From Octopus bimaculoides (Eukaryota), in the NCBI RefSeq assembly GCF_001194135.2, contig NC_068990.1, positions 90,862,460 through 90,900,442 on the forward strand: DNA of 37,983 nucleotides, given 5' to 3'. The notes under the pieces are model-generated. The model saw nothing but the letters and a program-made list of their open reading frames with translations. It did no database searches and was not told the origin of the DNA. The stretch's first letter is position 1. Every line of letters starts with the position of its first letter. The translations under genes were made by a program, and so were the position numbers. Of this stretch, positions 1 through 11,259 are shown one piece after another.

Positions 1-104
1 TATATATGTATGTATGTATGTATATATATATAAATATACCCATATATATGTATATGCTTCTCTCTCTTTCTCTCTCGTTCTTTGTCTGTCTGTCTATCTC
101 TCTC

Positions 105-188
<84 letters not shown>

Positions 189-358
189 CATATGTCTGTG
201 TACGTATCTGTGCAAGCAGAAGTGGGCGTGTAAATGTCTGTGCATGTGTATGTGAATGTATGTATGCTTGTATGACGTAAATAAACGTTTCTGAGCTAAA
301 AGGGAGAAGTTAAAGTGAAATGAAAGGGACAAGAAAAAAGCTGAAGAGAGAGAGAGAC

Positions 359-433
<75 letters not shown>

Positions 434-703
434 GTTAGACAGGCAGGCAGGCAGGCAGAGAAAGTGTGGTAAGAGAGAAAATGAAAGTTACTATAGGAGG
501 TTTATTGAGAGGCGATCTGCCTGACATGGTTGTGTTGAAACAGACTTGCAGAAGGAAAGTTGGTTAACTCCCACATCTGACGGTGTTCCAGAGAAGAGTA
601 CTTTGCTTAATAATGCACTCAACACGAATGTTATTCCGAAGCTAATATTTACAAGCAAACGCGCGCACGGTTTCTCACTCGCACACTCAGACACAGACAC
701 AGA

Positions 704-753
<50 letters not shown>

Positions 754-1032
754 CACACACACGCACATATACACGCATTCACACACACACACAAACATGC
801 AAGAACGCACATATGCACGCACACAGACGCACGCACGCACAAACACATACACACACACGCACGCACACGTGCACACATATGCACACACACATACACAGAC
901 ATGCGCAGACACACACGCACACATACACACACGCACGCACACACATACACTCACACACACACATATATGCACACACACGCATACACAAAAGTAACTGTCA
1001 TCAAAATGTACATACATACATACAAACATACA

Positions 1033-1215
1033 TTAGCTTTCTCTACAAAGGAGAAAGCTAATTCCACGACTGCAGATCCAAACCATCACTGGAACTGTAA
1101 AAATCTGTAAAACTTTCCAGAAGTTTATCATTTAAATATATATGAGCATGTCTAGATATGTAACTATATGCATGAGAAGACATGCATAAAGCAAAATATA
1201 CAAACCTGCACATGC
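1033..1215 (+). mobile_element. 3' end of an R4/NeSL-like (RLE) non-LTR retrotransposon: ORF C-terminus plus start of 3'UTR
   Basis: With one frameshift, 1033-1135 reads LAFSTKE/KLIPRLQIQTITGTVKICKTFQKFII*. This matches the C-terminus of the copy at 22250-22625 (LIERLQQQASKNIVKICKTFMKFSM*). Both flanks are (CATA)n. Confidence 0.7.
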
Positions 1216-1390
1216 ATGCATGCATGCATACATACATACATTCATACATACATACATACATACATACATACATACATACACACCCTTGAAATGCAGCTCC
1301 GACCGATCGGCCCTTTGATCGTCAATATACGTCAGTGAGTTGGGAGGGTGATGAGTGGAATTATTCTGCGAGGCACGTGTGGCTTTTGAT

Positions 1391-1735
1391 TTTTACATTT
1401 TTTCAGCCATCTTGGAAACGTAGGAACCACTCGTACACTCCTCTCCATACACTTTCTGCAACTCTGCATAGGCCTCTCAGCAGGTACCACTAAGCTTTTG
1501 GCAAAATTTGATGCAATTTTTCTGTTCAACTTCCTCTGTCATGGTCAATGAAACAATCACACGCTACACACGTTACTTCCAAACACTGCTGTAAACAAGG
1601 AAAGTGAGCTAGAACGTTCAAACTTAGTGTGAATGCATAGCAGAGGTCAAGGTCAATCTTCGCCAAGCGACATTACTCTGCGTAATTTAGCTTCTTTACT
1701 ATGGCAACAGTCCGGATACTTATTGATCAGACTTC

Positions 1736-1736
<1 letters not shown>
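1391..1736 (-). mobile_element. Mariner DNA transposon 5' fragment (TIR plus transposase N-terminal HTH, pseudogenised)
   Basis: The minus strand begins TA|CGAAGTCTGATCAATAAGTATCCGG. From the ATG at 1542 it reads MTEEVEQKNCIKFCQKLSGTC*EAYAELQKVYGEEC and, after a deletion, VYEWFLRFQDG*KNV. This is a typical mariner N-terminus. Confidence 0.85.
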
Positions 1737-1773
<37 letters not shown>

Positions 1774-1877
1774 ATATATGTGGGTAGGTGCATGGGTGTT
1801 TGTGCCTGTGTAATTATTTATAGTATATATATCTACGCAAATCTATACTTATTATGTGTGTATTTATGATATATATA

Positions 1878-2288
1878 TGGCTGTGAGGTAAGAAGCTTGC
1901 TTCCCAACCACATGGTTCTGAGTTTAGTCCCACTGCGTGGCACCTTGGGCAAGTGTCTTCTACAATAAGCTTCGGGCCGACCAAAGCCTTGTGAGTGGAT
2001 TTGGTAGACGGAAACTGAAAGAAGCCCGTCGTATATATGTATATGTATGTATGTGTGTGTATGTGTGTGTGTGTATGTTTATGTGTCTGCGTTTGTCCCC
2101 CCAACATCGCTTGACAACCGATGCTGGTGCGTTTACGTGTCCATGACTTAACGCTCCGGCAAAAGGGACCGACAGAATAAGTACTAGGCTTACAAAGAAT
2201 AAGTCCTGGGGTCGATTTGCTCGACTAAAAGCGGTGTTCCAGCATGGCCACAGTCAAATGACTGAAACAAGTAAAAGAGTAAAAGAGT
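1878..2288 (+). mobile_element. tRNA-derived SINE family A, near full length, with internal microsatellite
   Basis: A/B-box-like head, a body shared with the copies at 3408, 15779, 28998 and 36016, an internal (TA)/(TG) tract, a 3' half, and a (TAAAAGAG)n-like tail. Confidence 0.9.
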
Positions 2289-2320
2289 ATATGTGTGTGC
2301 GTGTATGTATGTATACACAC

Positions 2321-2368
<48 letters not shown>

Positions 2369-2870
2369 CGCACATAGTCATACCCAGATGAAATCTTATA
2401 CGATGTAAGATATATTTGTGTTTTGAACAGACTTTGAGATATCTGGAAACTGGCAAGCAATGGGTTAGGTCTAATTAATACACTAATTAATTATGACTAT
2501 ATTTAACAACCCACGTGAATATCATATCGTAAACACACATCAACACGTGTGTGTATATATATATATATACATATGAACACACCCGAACTGCCTGTCAGAT
2601 ATACTGTATATTGTTTTAGTCTCTCTCCTTCTCTTTCTTTCTCTCTCTCTCTCTCAATCTCTCTCTCTCTCTCTCTCTCTGGCATACACACACATAAACA
2701 CATATGCACACAAAGCACACACTATCGCATACACACACGTACCCTTTCACTTGCTAACAAGCATAGATATACACACACATACATACGTACACACCCAGAC
2801 AGTCTAGCATTTATTGTTTTTTTGTTTATCTCACTCACTCACTCACTCACTCACTCACTCACTCTATTTG

Positions 2871-2893
2871 TCTATCTATCTATCTATATCTAA

Positions 2894-2963
<70 letters not shown>
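2871..2963. repeat. (TCTA)n microsatellite
   Basis: Direct reading. Confidence 0.95.
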
Positions 2964-2965
<2 letters not shown>

Positions 2966-3176
2966 CCCTACCTATCTATTTAGCTCTCTATCTAGCTTGC
3001 TATTTCTCTCTCTCACACACAAATAGACAAATGCTCTTATACTCGGAAATACTCAGGGGATACACCTTACACATATACATATACATTAACACACAAACGT
3101 ACTTAATTCTACACACTCACATTCACATGTACATAGACACTGACATACATGTACGCACTCATAGTCACATTTAGAC

Positions 3177-3207
<31 letters not shown>

Positions 3208-3407
3208 CACGTATACATATATACACAGATAAACGTACGCAAAGGTATACATACACAAACAATGAACAGGAATGGCGAAATGGACGAACAGGCATACACA
3301 TATACATAGTCACAACCAAGAGCACATACACACATACGCATACACATACAGATACACACGCACGCACACACACGCACAAACATACACACACGCGCACATA
3401 TATATAT

Positions 3408-3566
3408 ACGACGGGCTTCTTTCAGTTTCCGTCTACCAAATCCACTTATAAGGCTTCGGTCGGCCCGAGGCTACAATGGAATACACTTGCCGAAGGTGTC
3501 ACGCAGTGGGACTGAACCCGGAACCATGTGGTTGGGAAGCGGGCTTCTTACCACCACTCCTGCGCC
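3408..3566 (-). mobile_element. SINE family A, 5' half
   Basis: Reverse complement of the head at 15779 (GGCGCAGGAGTGG...GGTTCAGTCCC...GGAAACTGAAAGAAGCCCGTCGT). Confidence 0.9.
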
Positions 3567-3583
3567 TATACGCCTATATATAC

Positions 3584-3655
<72 letters not shown>

Positions 3656-4018
3656 CTCAGCATGGCCACAGCTCATGGGCTGAAACTAGATAAAATTATA
3701 TATACACATATATACATACACACACACACACGCAAACACACACATATATATATGTTCATTCATGTACATATAGTCATACACATAAATATACACTACGTAT
3801 GCGTATACACAGATAGACGTATATACACGCTCATAAATACACAAATAATCGAAAGGAATGGTGAGCCGGTGCTGAAGAAAGATACGCTAATCCAGAGTGG
3901 CAGCGCGTCTCGCAGAACTGGGATTGTCTGGTGACTGCCGGAATGGTTTTATGCCAAATTAGAGTTTATAAGTAGAAAGTAGGACACATGCGTAGACAGA
4001 CAGACAGACACACACACG

Positions 4019-4049
<31 letters not shown>

Positions 4050-4119
4050 AAACGTGTGTGCGCATACACGAATATATAGACATATACACGTATATGCAAA
4101 GATATAAACGGAGATCCAT

Positions 4120-4161
<42 letters not shown>

Positions 4162-4242
4162 GCACACACACACGCACGCACGCACACACGCACACGTACA
4201 TACGTACATACCTACATATATTCATACATACATACATACATA

Positions 4243-4298
4243 CAGAGAGGGGAGAGGGAGAGGGGAGAAAAAGAAAGACAGGAAGGAAGGAAGGAAAA

Positions 4299-4338
<40 letters not shown>

Positions 4339-4450
4339 CAAGAAGGAAAGAAGGAAGGAAAGGAAGGAAGAAAGGATGGAAGGGAAGAAGAGAAAGAAAG
4401 AAAGAAAGAAAGAAAGTGAAAGCTGCCAGAGAGAGAAAAGAAAAAGAGCG

Positions 4451-4507
<57 letters not shown>
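4243..4507. repeat. Purine-rich compound microsatellite (GGAA/GAAA/GA)n
   Basis: Direct reading. Confidence 0.9.
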
Positions 4508-4740
4508 AGTTAATCGATATTAAGTGAATTTGTCTTTTATTGATCCCTCGTAGGAAATCCCACGACTGTAAGTCCCCCAATGCCACACACACGCATCTTT
4601 ACCATCGCCACCATCATCACCACCACAACCTACACCACAGCTACTACAACCAATGCTACAACGCACACTACAACCTCTACAGTTACCACAACCACAGCTA
4701 CTATAACAACCGACACTCGCCAGGATGTATACAGTAATCC

Positions 4741-4870
4741 TTTTCTATTCTAGGCACAAGGCCCGAAATTTTGGGGGAGGGGTCAGTCGATTAGATCGAC
4801 CCCAGTGCGCAACTGGTACTTAATCTATCGACCCCGAATGGATGAAAGGCAAGGTCGACCTCGGCGGAAA
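4741..4870 (-). mobile_element. SINE family B, 5'-truncated, with 13-bp target site duplication
   Basis: Matches the copies at 21362 and 34484. It is flanked by TATACAGTAATCC at 4728-4740 and 4874-4886. Confidence 0.9.
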
Positions 4871-4877
4871 GGATATA

Positions 4878-5084
4878 CAGTAATCCGTCGATCATCGCGG
4901 GAGTTACGTTCCAAAACTTCCCACAGAAATATTTAAAATCTAAAAAACTACAAATACTTGTCGGCCGCAGAAATCCGCGATATACTGAGGTGTCCGCGGA
5001 ATAAATTTACATATATTAGCCAAAGAGATTCGCGAGGTACTGAGTGCGCGATAGTTGAACTGTGATGTGGCGGGGGATTTACTG
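4878..5084. mobile_element. pogo/Tigger-like MITE
   Basis: TA|CAGTAATCCGTCGATCATCGCGG ... GGCGGGGGATTTACTG|TA: imperfect TIRs starting CAGTAA, TA flanks, no ORF. Confidence 0.7.
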
Positions 5085-5171
5085 TATACCATTTCTAACA
5101 TAAACACAAAATTACAACGTCCGCTTAAAGTCTCAAGTTTCTGCTGTAGTTGTTTCCAGAGTCAGTACATA

Positions 5172-5400
5172 TACAGAAGGCAAGAGCAGAAACACTTTTA
5201 CCGACCGAGCATGCGATCCTGAATCGTAGTCTTTTATTCTGACCATCGAGCAGTTGGTGCTGTACATTGCGACGAATCTGTTCCTGGAAAAACCTGACCG
5301 ACACTGACTGTTACGAGGACCACGGCCAAGTGTTGACAGTTGACCCTATCATAAGATTTCGATTTATCTAAGCTGATTAAGGCGCTACCCGCAACAGATA
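5172..5400 (+). pseudogene. Possible LINE apurinic-endonuclease C-terminal remnant
   Basis: One frame with stops reads ...IVVFYSDHRAV...(~35 aa)...DFDLSKLIKAL. The SDH motif and the spacing to FDxSKL resemble an RTE-type ORF2. The match is short. Confidence 0.3.
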
Positions 5401-6221
5401 CCTTACCCACTCTTCCTCTCTATGATGTATCGCATGTGGTAGAAGCTGTGGCGAATACATCTGTTCAGGGTGGCACATGTCATCACTTTAGCATCAGACT
5501 ACTTTGGGCTTTACAACTTAGTCAAAGCTTTAAATTCAGCATTTAGTAAAATTAAGGATCGAAAATTATTAATGCAATCCTTTTTTAATTGGCCATCACT
5601 CCTCGGCTGACAGAAGCTAAAATTCTGCGGTTCAGCTGCCATTTGCAGTAGACATCTGCCAACAGATCACCGAACAAGCCTGGCGCATTAGCATGAAGTT
5701 CGTAGGACAGAACACCCTAAGTAGGCGATTTTTCTCTCGTGTGGCTTGTTCGCTCCCCTCGTATATCTGTGTCTGTTGCTAGCTTCTTGCAACACTTCAG
5801 CTCCATTATCAACAATCACAGCAACTCATCGAGTTGTTCCGACTCACCACTAGTCTCGAAGAGCTAAGAGGACTTCCGCTGAAAGCAGCACGCGTCTGTT
5901 CAAAATCGAGTGTCATGAGCACATCGTGGTCCGCCAAGAACCGAACTGTGGCTTTCTTACTACGTTACGTCTCCACCATCCGTTCCCTCGTGTCCTAGAG
6001 CATACATCTTAGGCTTGACAAAGTTGCCTTCGAGTTTCACGCTGAAAAAATAGTCGAGCGCCAATCTTGCCGCGTGCACGTCGATTGTGCCTCTTCTAAG
6101 TTTCTGAGTAGGTCTTCCTGTAGACTAGTTTTTCCCTATTGCTCCTTCCTCACAAAATTGGACCGATTTTGCTTTAATCACCCTTTTCCGGGTAAACAAC
6201 TATTTGTTGTCGATGACTAAC

Positions 6222-6334
6222 TCTTCTGAAAGAACCTGCTGGGAAACCCTGCAGCCGACCTCGAACGCAACCAGCTCACAGATGTAACCCTTCTCCCGAA
6301 TCTCAGCTACCAGCTCTTCATAGCCCAACAATTT
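6222..6334 (-). mobile_element. Hero-like RLE non-LTR retrotransposon endonuclease fragment
   Basis: Reads KLLGYEELVAEIREKGYICELVAFEVGCR and then, with a 1-nt frameshift, GFPAGSFRR. This fits the RLE consensus K..Y..L......G......EVGCRGF. Confidence 0.7.
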
Positions 6335-7107
6335 TACAGTAAGTTAATCAATTTTCAATTTTTCAATTTTTCAATTTTTCAGGAAGTTATGAGGAAACAA
6401 AGTCAGTGGGGACATACATGTGATAGTATACCATTAACATTCATTGTAGGTTGTTGTATTTGCCATTTATTTACGCCCCAGCTTGATTATACTGACCTTT
6501 ATTATCGAGTTTCATTAAAAAAAAAAAAAAGAATACGGAAATAGCTTGTTCGACAGTTTGTGATTCGGGTTAGTAACTAGGATGTGCTATCTGTTTGCTT
6601 ATGTTTTTGATAGATTTCTTTGCAGTTAATTTGGCTTCACCGAGTAATTATTATGAACAGAGAAAACACGCATTGAGGAAATTATATGAAATAAAATACA
6701 TGAGAATATTTGAGAATAATTAGATAGTTGCGCCATCAAAATTCTCATTAATCGGTGTTTGTAGGACATTACATCCACTCATAAACTAAAAGCAGTTGAG
6801 GGTAGTACTTGGATTAACAGGAGGTTTATGAATGCGGATAAGGCCACAGAACTGCCATGAGTTCGGTTACGACGCGATACGTCCAGCTGTTGCGGGCCCA
6901 TCGTGTGTAGAGATACTGAGCTTAATGGGCAGAAATCTTGTCGAAGCACGGCGCTCAGCTGATGATTGCAGCCGGACGAGAAATGGAGCACTCTGTGTTT
7001 TCTTCTACTATATATTCATGTATATATATATATATATATATTGGGCTGGATGGCGAACAAAAGTGTGGAGTGGAATGAAGCGTTTGAAGAGGCCAGGATA
7101 ACGCATG

Positions 7108-7298
7108 TAAGACTCAAAAGAGATCTAAGGAAGAATGTTAGGATCGAGAAGGTGAATCACAATGACCTTTTTGTGAGCACAGTTTGTGACAGACCAAAGG
7201 CATGGTCTGTCATAAATTGTGCGCGCAAAAAGGTCGTTGTCAATCACCTTTTCGATCGTAACATCCTTTCTTAGATCCCTAATGGTTCTTTTGTCTTA
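7108..7298 (+). repeat. Long imperfect foldback (75-bp stem, 6-nt loop)
   Basis: 7122-7196 pairs with 7203-7277 (64/75 Watson-Crick). The stem extends across a bulge to 7108/7298. Confidence 0.9.
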
Positions 7299-7993
7299 AT
7301 AACGGTCAGTTACATTGCAATTTCCCTTTGTTTAACGGTCATTTTCATAGCATATTTTGATTTTAATCAAATTTCAAAAAAGATTTTTTAAATTATAAGT
7401 GAAGAATTAGAGGTACAAAAAAGAAATTGTGATAAAAATATTTTTCCTGTTACTTCAAATAAAACTTAGTTATCAGCGATAGAAGCAGTATTAGTTCAAA
7501 TTAGCGATCTGTAAATCATTTTTAAAGTATATATCCTGTTGAAAGCCTTCTAAACTGCAATATTCTTCTCGAGAAAGCATCTCTTCTAGTGACAAATACT
7601 GCAATTTAGAAGGCTTTTAACAGAATGTATGCTTTAGATATGATACACAGATTGCTAATCAGTTAAGTAACATTGAAAAGTAAATGTAAGAAGAAAAAAA
7701 AAAAGACGCACCACGTGATCTGACAACCTAATACTTGAAATATTGAATAGATTTTTCTAACCATTATTTTGTCGGCAATTTTGAAAAATATTCAGCAGCT
7801 AGCAGCAATATTTCATTAATTCTTCAGTAATTTTTACATTCTACAGAAATCTTGAGTAATCCTCAAAAATCTTGAGTGCTAGAAAACGGTATCAACTTTT
7901 TTTTAGCAATCTCCGTGTACATTCTTCAGTTATCTTCAACGGTTTTAAGTAGAAGAGAACATTTAGCAGAATTTCTTTAAGAATTCTTCCTAA

Positions 7994-8140
7994 GGCGCTG
8001 GCATGGTTGTGTGGTTATGAAACTTGCTTTACAACCGCCTGGTTTCGGATTCCGTCTCACTGCGTGACACCTGGATCGTGTGCCTTTTACCAGTGCCCTG
8101 TGAGGGAATTTTTTAAACTGTAACTGTTTGGAAATCTGTC
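7994..8140 (+). mobile_element. Degenerate SINE family A 5' half
   Basis: GGCGCTGGCATGGTTGTGTGGTTA...CACTGCGTGACACC aligns loosely to the family A head. Confidence 0.6.
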
Positions 8141-8212
8141 ACACAGACATACACACACACTCATACATACATACATACATTACACACACATACATACACA
8201 ATATATTATATA

Positions 8213-8389
8213 TTCTTTTATTCTTTTACTCGTTTCAGTCATTTGACTGCGGCCATGATGGAGCACCGCCATGACCCCAGAACTTATTTCTTAAGCCTAG
8301 TACTTATTCCATCGGGCTCTTTGCCGAACTGCTAAGTTACGGGAGCGTAAGCACACCGTCACTGGTTGCCAAGTGATGTGGGGAAAAAT

Positions 8390-8390
<1 letters not shown>
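8213..8390 (-). mobile_element. SINE family A 3' half
   Basis: Contains TTTCAGTCATTTGACTGCGGCCATG and AAGCCTAGTACTTATTC, which are reverse complements of the 3' half at 2080-2288. Confidence 0.85.
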
Positions 8391-8475
<85 letters not shown>

Positions 8476-8476
<1 letters not shown>

Positions 8477-8850
8477 AACAGAATAAGTTTTTTTTTTAAT
8501 GTAAGTATCGGGAGCGATTTGTTCGACTAAAATCTCGTTACTTAACTGATTAGCAATCTGTGTATCATATCTAAAGCATACATTCTGTTAAAAGCCTTCT
8601 AAATTGCAGTATTTGTCACTAGAAGAGATGCTTTCTCGAGAAGAATATTGCAGTTTAGAAGGCTTTCAACAGGATATATACTTTAAAAATGATTTACAGA
8701 TCGCTAATTTGAACTAATACTGCTTCTATCGCTGATAACTAAATTTTATTTGAAGTAACAGGAAAAATATTTTTATCACAATTTCTTTTTTGTACCTCTA
8801 ATTCTTCACTTATAATTTTAGTCCAATGACTGAAACAAGTAAAAGATAAA
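8476..8850 (+). mobile_element. SINE family A 3' end interrupted by the inverted duplication arm
   Basis: ACAGAATAAG...GATTTGTTCGACTAAAA lies before 8537 and GTCCAATGACTGAAACAAGTAAAAGATAAAA lies after 8818. Confidence 0.75.
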
Positions 8851-8854
8851 AACC

Positions 8855-9270
8855 GCAATTCATGGCAATTCTACTTTTTCTATAAAATCTTCTGCAATTT
8901 ATACAAGAGATCTACAACAATACGTCAGTAAATTCTTCAGAATTCTGCAACAGCTTATGAATAAGAAAAGAACAGTCAGTTAGCATTTAATCGGGAATTG
9001 CCAATATTCTTGCATAGAACAGATCAACAGACTGCAACAATAATGCAACCAGTCTTCAGCAATCATCAGGAATCGTCAGTCGTCAACAGACATCTTCAGT
9101 ATTCTTCAGCAGTTTTACAGTAACCTTAAACAGTCTGCTGTAGTCGGCAGCCACCCCCAACTTCTGCTGCCGCTGCCACCGTCGCGAACAATCTCCATCA
9201 TCTGCCACATCTTCAGCGACTTTTAGCTATCTTTAGCAATGTTGAGTAAAAGCGAATAGTCTGCAGCACT
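8855..9270. repeat. Cryptic degenerate tandem repeat (ATCTTCAGC-like motif); similar tract at 7780-7990
   Basis: Recurrent TCTTCAGCA / ATTCTTCAG / AATCTTGAG motifs. Confidence 0.45.
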
Positions 9271-10044
9271 GCGCTGACACATCAACTTCAAATATTTAGA
9301 CAGAGTTATTGATAGTCTAACAATAGAAATATCGATTAAATGTCACGAGGAAGAAATGACAATTTTAGTAACAGAACTGGTGAAGTCACGGTGTATTGAT
9401 TCTGTTTACATTCTTCACAACACCCGTATATCCTAGGTAACGAGGGAGGAGGTGGTGTGTGTGTGTATGGGGGTGCGTGGATTGAAGGGTGAAGCATGGT
9501 ATTCATGCCTTTCCCATACTAAAAGAGAAGCGAAATAACTTCAGCAAAGAAATGTAACCCGTTTCTTGGTTTCAGTTGTCTGGACGCATGCTCTTACACC
9601 CCCGCAATCGCTTGTTACAAGCAACCTCAGTATATAACTTGTACTTATTCTATAGATCCATCCTCAGATGGGTAAAAATGAAGGTAAAACCTTAGTGGGA
9701 TTTGAACCTGGGACTATGAAAGCTGGATTCGATTTATTACATTTCTGACAATTCTTTTGTTTACAGCGTGGCAATGAATCAAGATCACAGAATTTACAAA
9801 AGCAATGACAAGCAGAGGAAGAGAAGAGTGGAAGGAACGGAGTGGGGTGGTTACAGTCTGTGGATTTGATCTCGGTTCATGTCGAGTGATATGTTTTCGA
9901 TATCAATTTTTAAATTTCCTTACAAGCAGGAAAAGCGAAACGAATTGCAGTAAAAATGGAAGCCAGAGAAGAATTACAAATACAGCAAGGAATTTCTTTA
10001 ATTCATTTCTTGGAAAGGTCAGACCGATGCAAGCTTTACCACTT

Positions 10045-10884
10045 TTGCAATAAGAAGAAATTGAAAGGCAATTTCCGGTAGGATACAAAGTAGATGAGAA
10101 AGTAAATGAGATCTCTGGCAGAAAGTCAGATGCTCAAACTCCAGGTGTATCAGAGCAAAGCATGGTACCATGTTGGTTGAGAAGATCGACATTTTGAATA
10201 GACGGACAGAGTATATAGAAGATTTATTTCATGATGCGAGAACAGCCTCTCCTAGTTTGTCTGACTCTGATGAGTGCCCAACGGTTATAGTGACTGAAGT
10301 GCATACAGCCATCAAAATGATAATGAAAAGCAAAGCTTCTGGGCCAGACGGATTTGTCAAAGAGATGATAAAAGCATTAGAGGAATATGGAATTAGAAAA
10401 CTGACAGAAGTAATAAATACGATTTATGATGATGGGAAATTTCCAGATCTGAGTCAATCCATCTTTATTGCACTCCCGAAGAAATCAGGAGCGGTGGACT
10501 GAGAGTAACACCGCACGACGAGTCTTATGAGTCTTTACGAAGATCTTTCTGCGGGTAAGGAGAATAACACCTAAGAATGAAATGAAGCAGTTTGGCTTTA
10601 TAAAGGCTGCTGGTACTAATAATGTATTGAGAATAACGGAGCGGGCAGTGAAGAAGCGAAGAGACGTCTTCGTGTATTTCATAGATTACACAAAGGTCTT
10701 TGATAAAGTAAGACATGGCGCGTTATTTGAAAAACTTGGTAACCATGATCTGCATGGGAAATGTCTCCAAATCTTGCAGAGTCTGTAGTGGAATTAAACA
10801 GCGGACATAAATATGGATGGAGAATGCAATGAATACACTGGCATCAGGAGAGGTGTTAGAGAAGGACGTATTGTGTCACCGGAT
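10045..10884 (+). mobile_element. RTE-clade LINE reverse transcriptase fragment (pseudogenised, internal)
   Basis: ILNRRTEYIEDLF, KASGPDG, SIFIALPKKSGAVD, QFGF, FIDYTKVFDKV and GIRRGVREGRIVSPD are spread across frameshifts and stops. Confidence 0.9.
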
Positions 10885-11002
10885 CAGTACTCTAACGACT
10901 TTGCCAGTTGGCCACCTTTATAAGTGTGTGTATATATATATTCACACACACACATATATACATGCATATATCCATGTGTATGGACATGTTTGTGTGTATA
11001 TG

Positions 11003-11045
<43 letters not shown>

Positions 11046-11213
11046 AAAACACACGCACACACACACACACATCTATATATATATACACGTGTGCATGTAT
11101 GAGTGTGTAGGCGTATGTGTGTGTAGGCGTATGTGTGTGTGTGTGCGAGTGTGTGTGTGTTATTCTTATACCTGCATATGCTCTTGTATGTTATATGCAT
11201 GCGTGCATCTCTC

Positions 11214-11259
<46 letters not shown>

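Larger units (their letters stand above)
7390..8818. repeat. Near-perfect 282-bp inverted duplication (7390-7671 / 8537-8818)
   Basis: By manual comparison the arms differ at one base. Spacer is 865 bp. Confidence 0.92.

Noticed and set aside
491-665. Unique island between microsatellites with an open frame (QKESWLTPTSDG...)
   Set aside because: No recognisable motif and no pyrimidine-rich acceptor or donor pair; it cannot be called an exon.
3869-3915. CTGAAGA followed by a possible stem
   Set aside because: No GAAA after the stem and no stem I.
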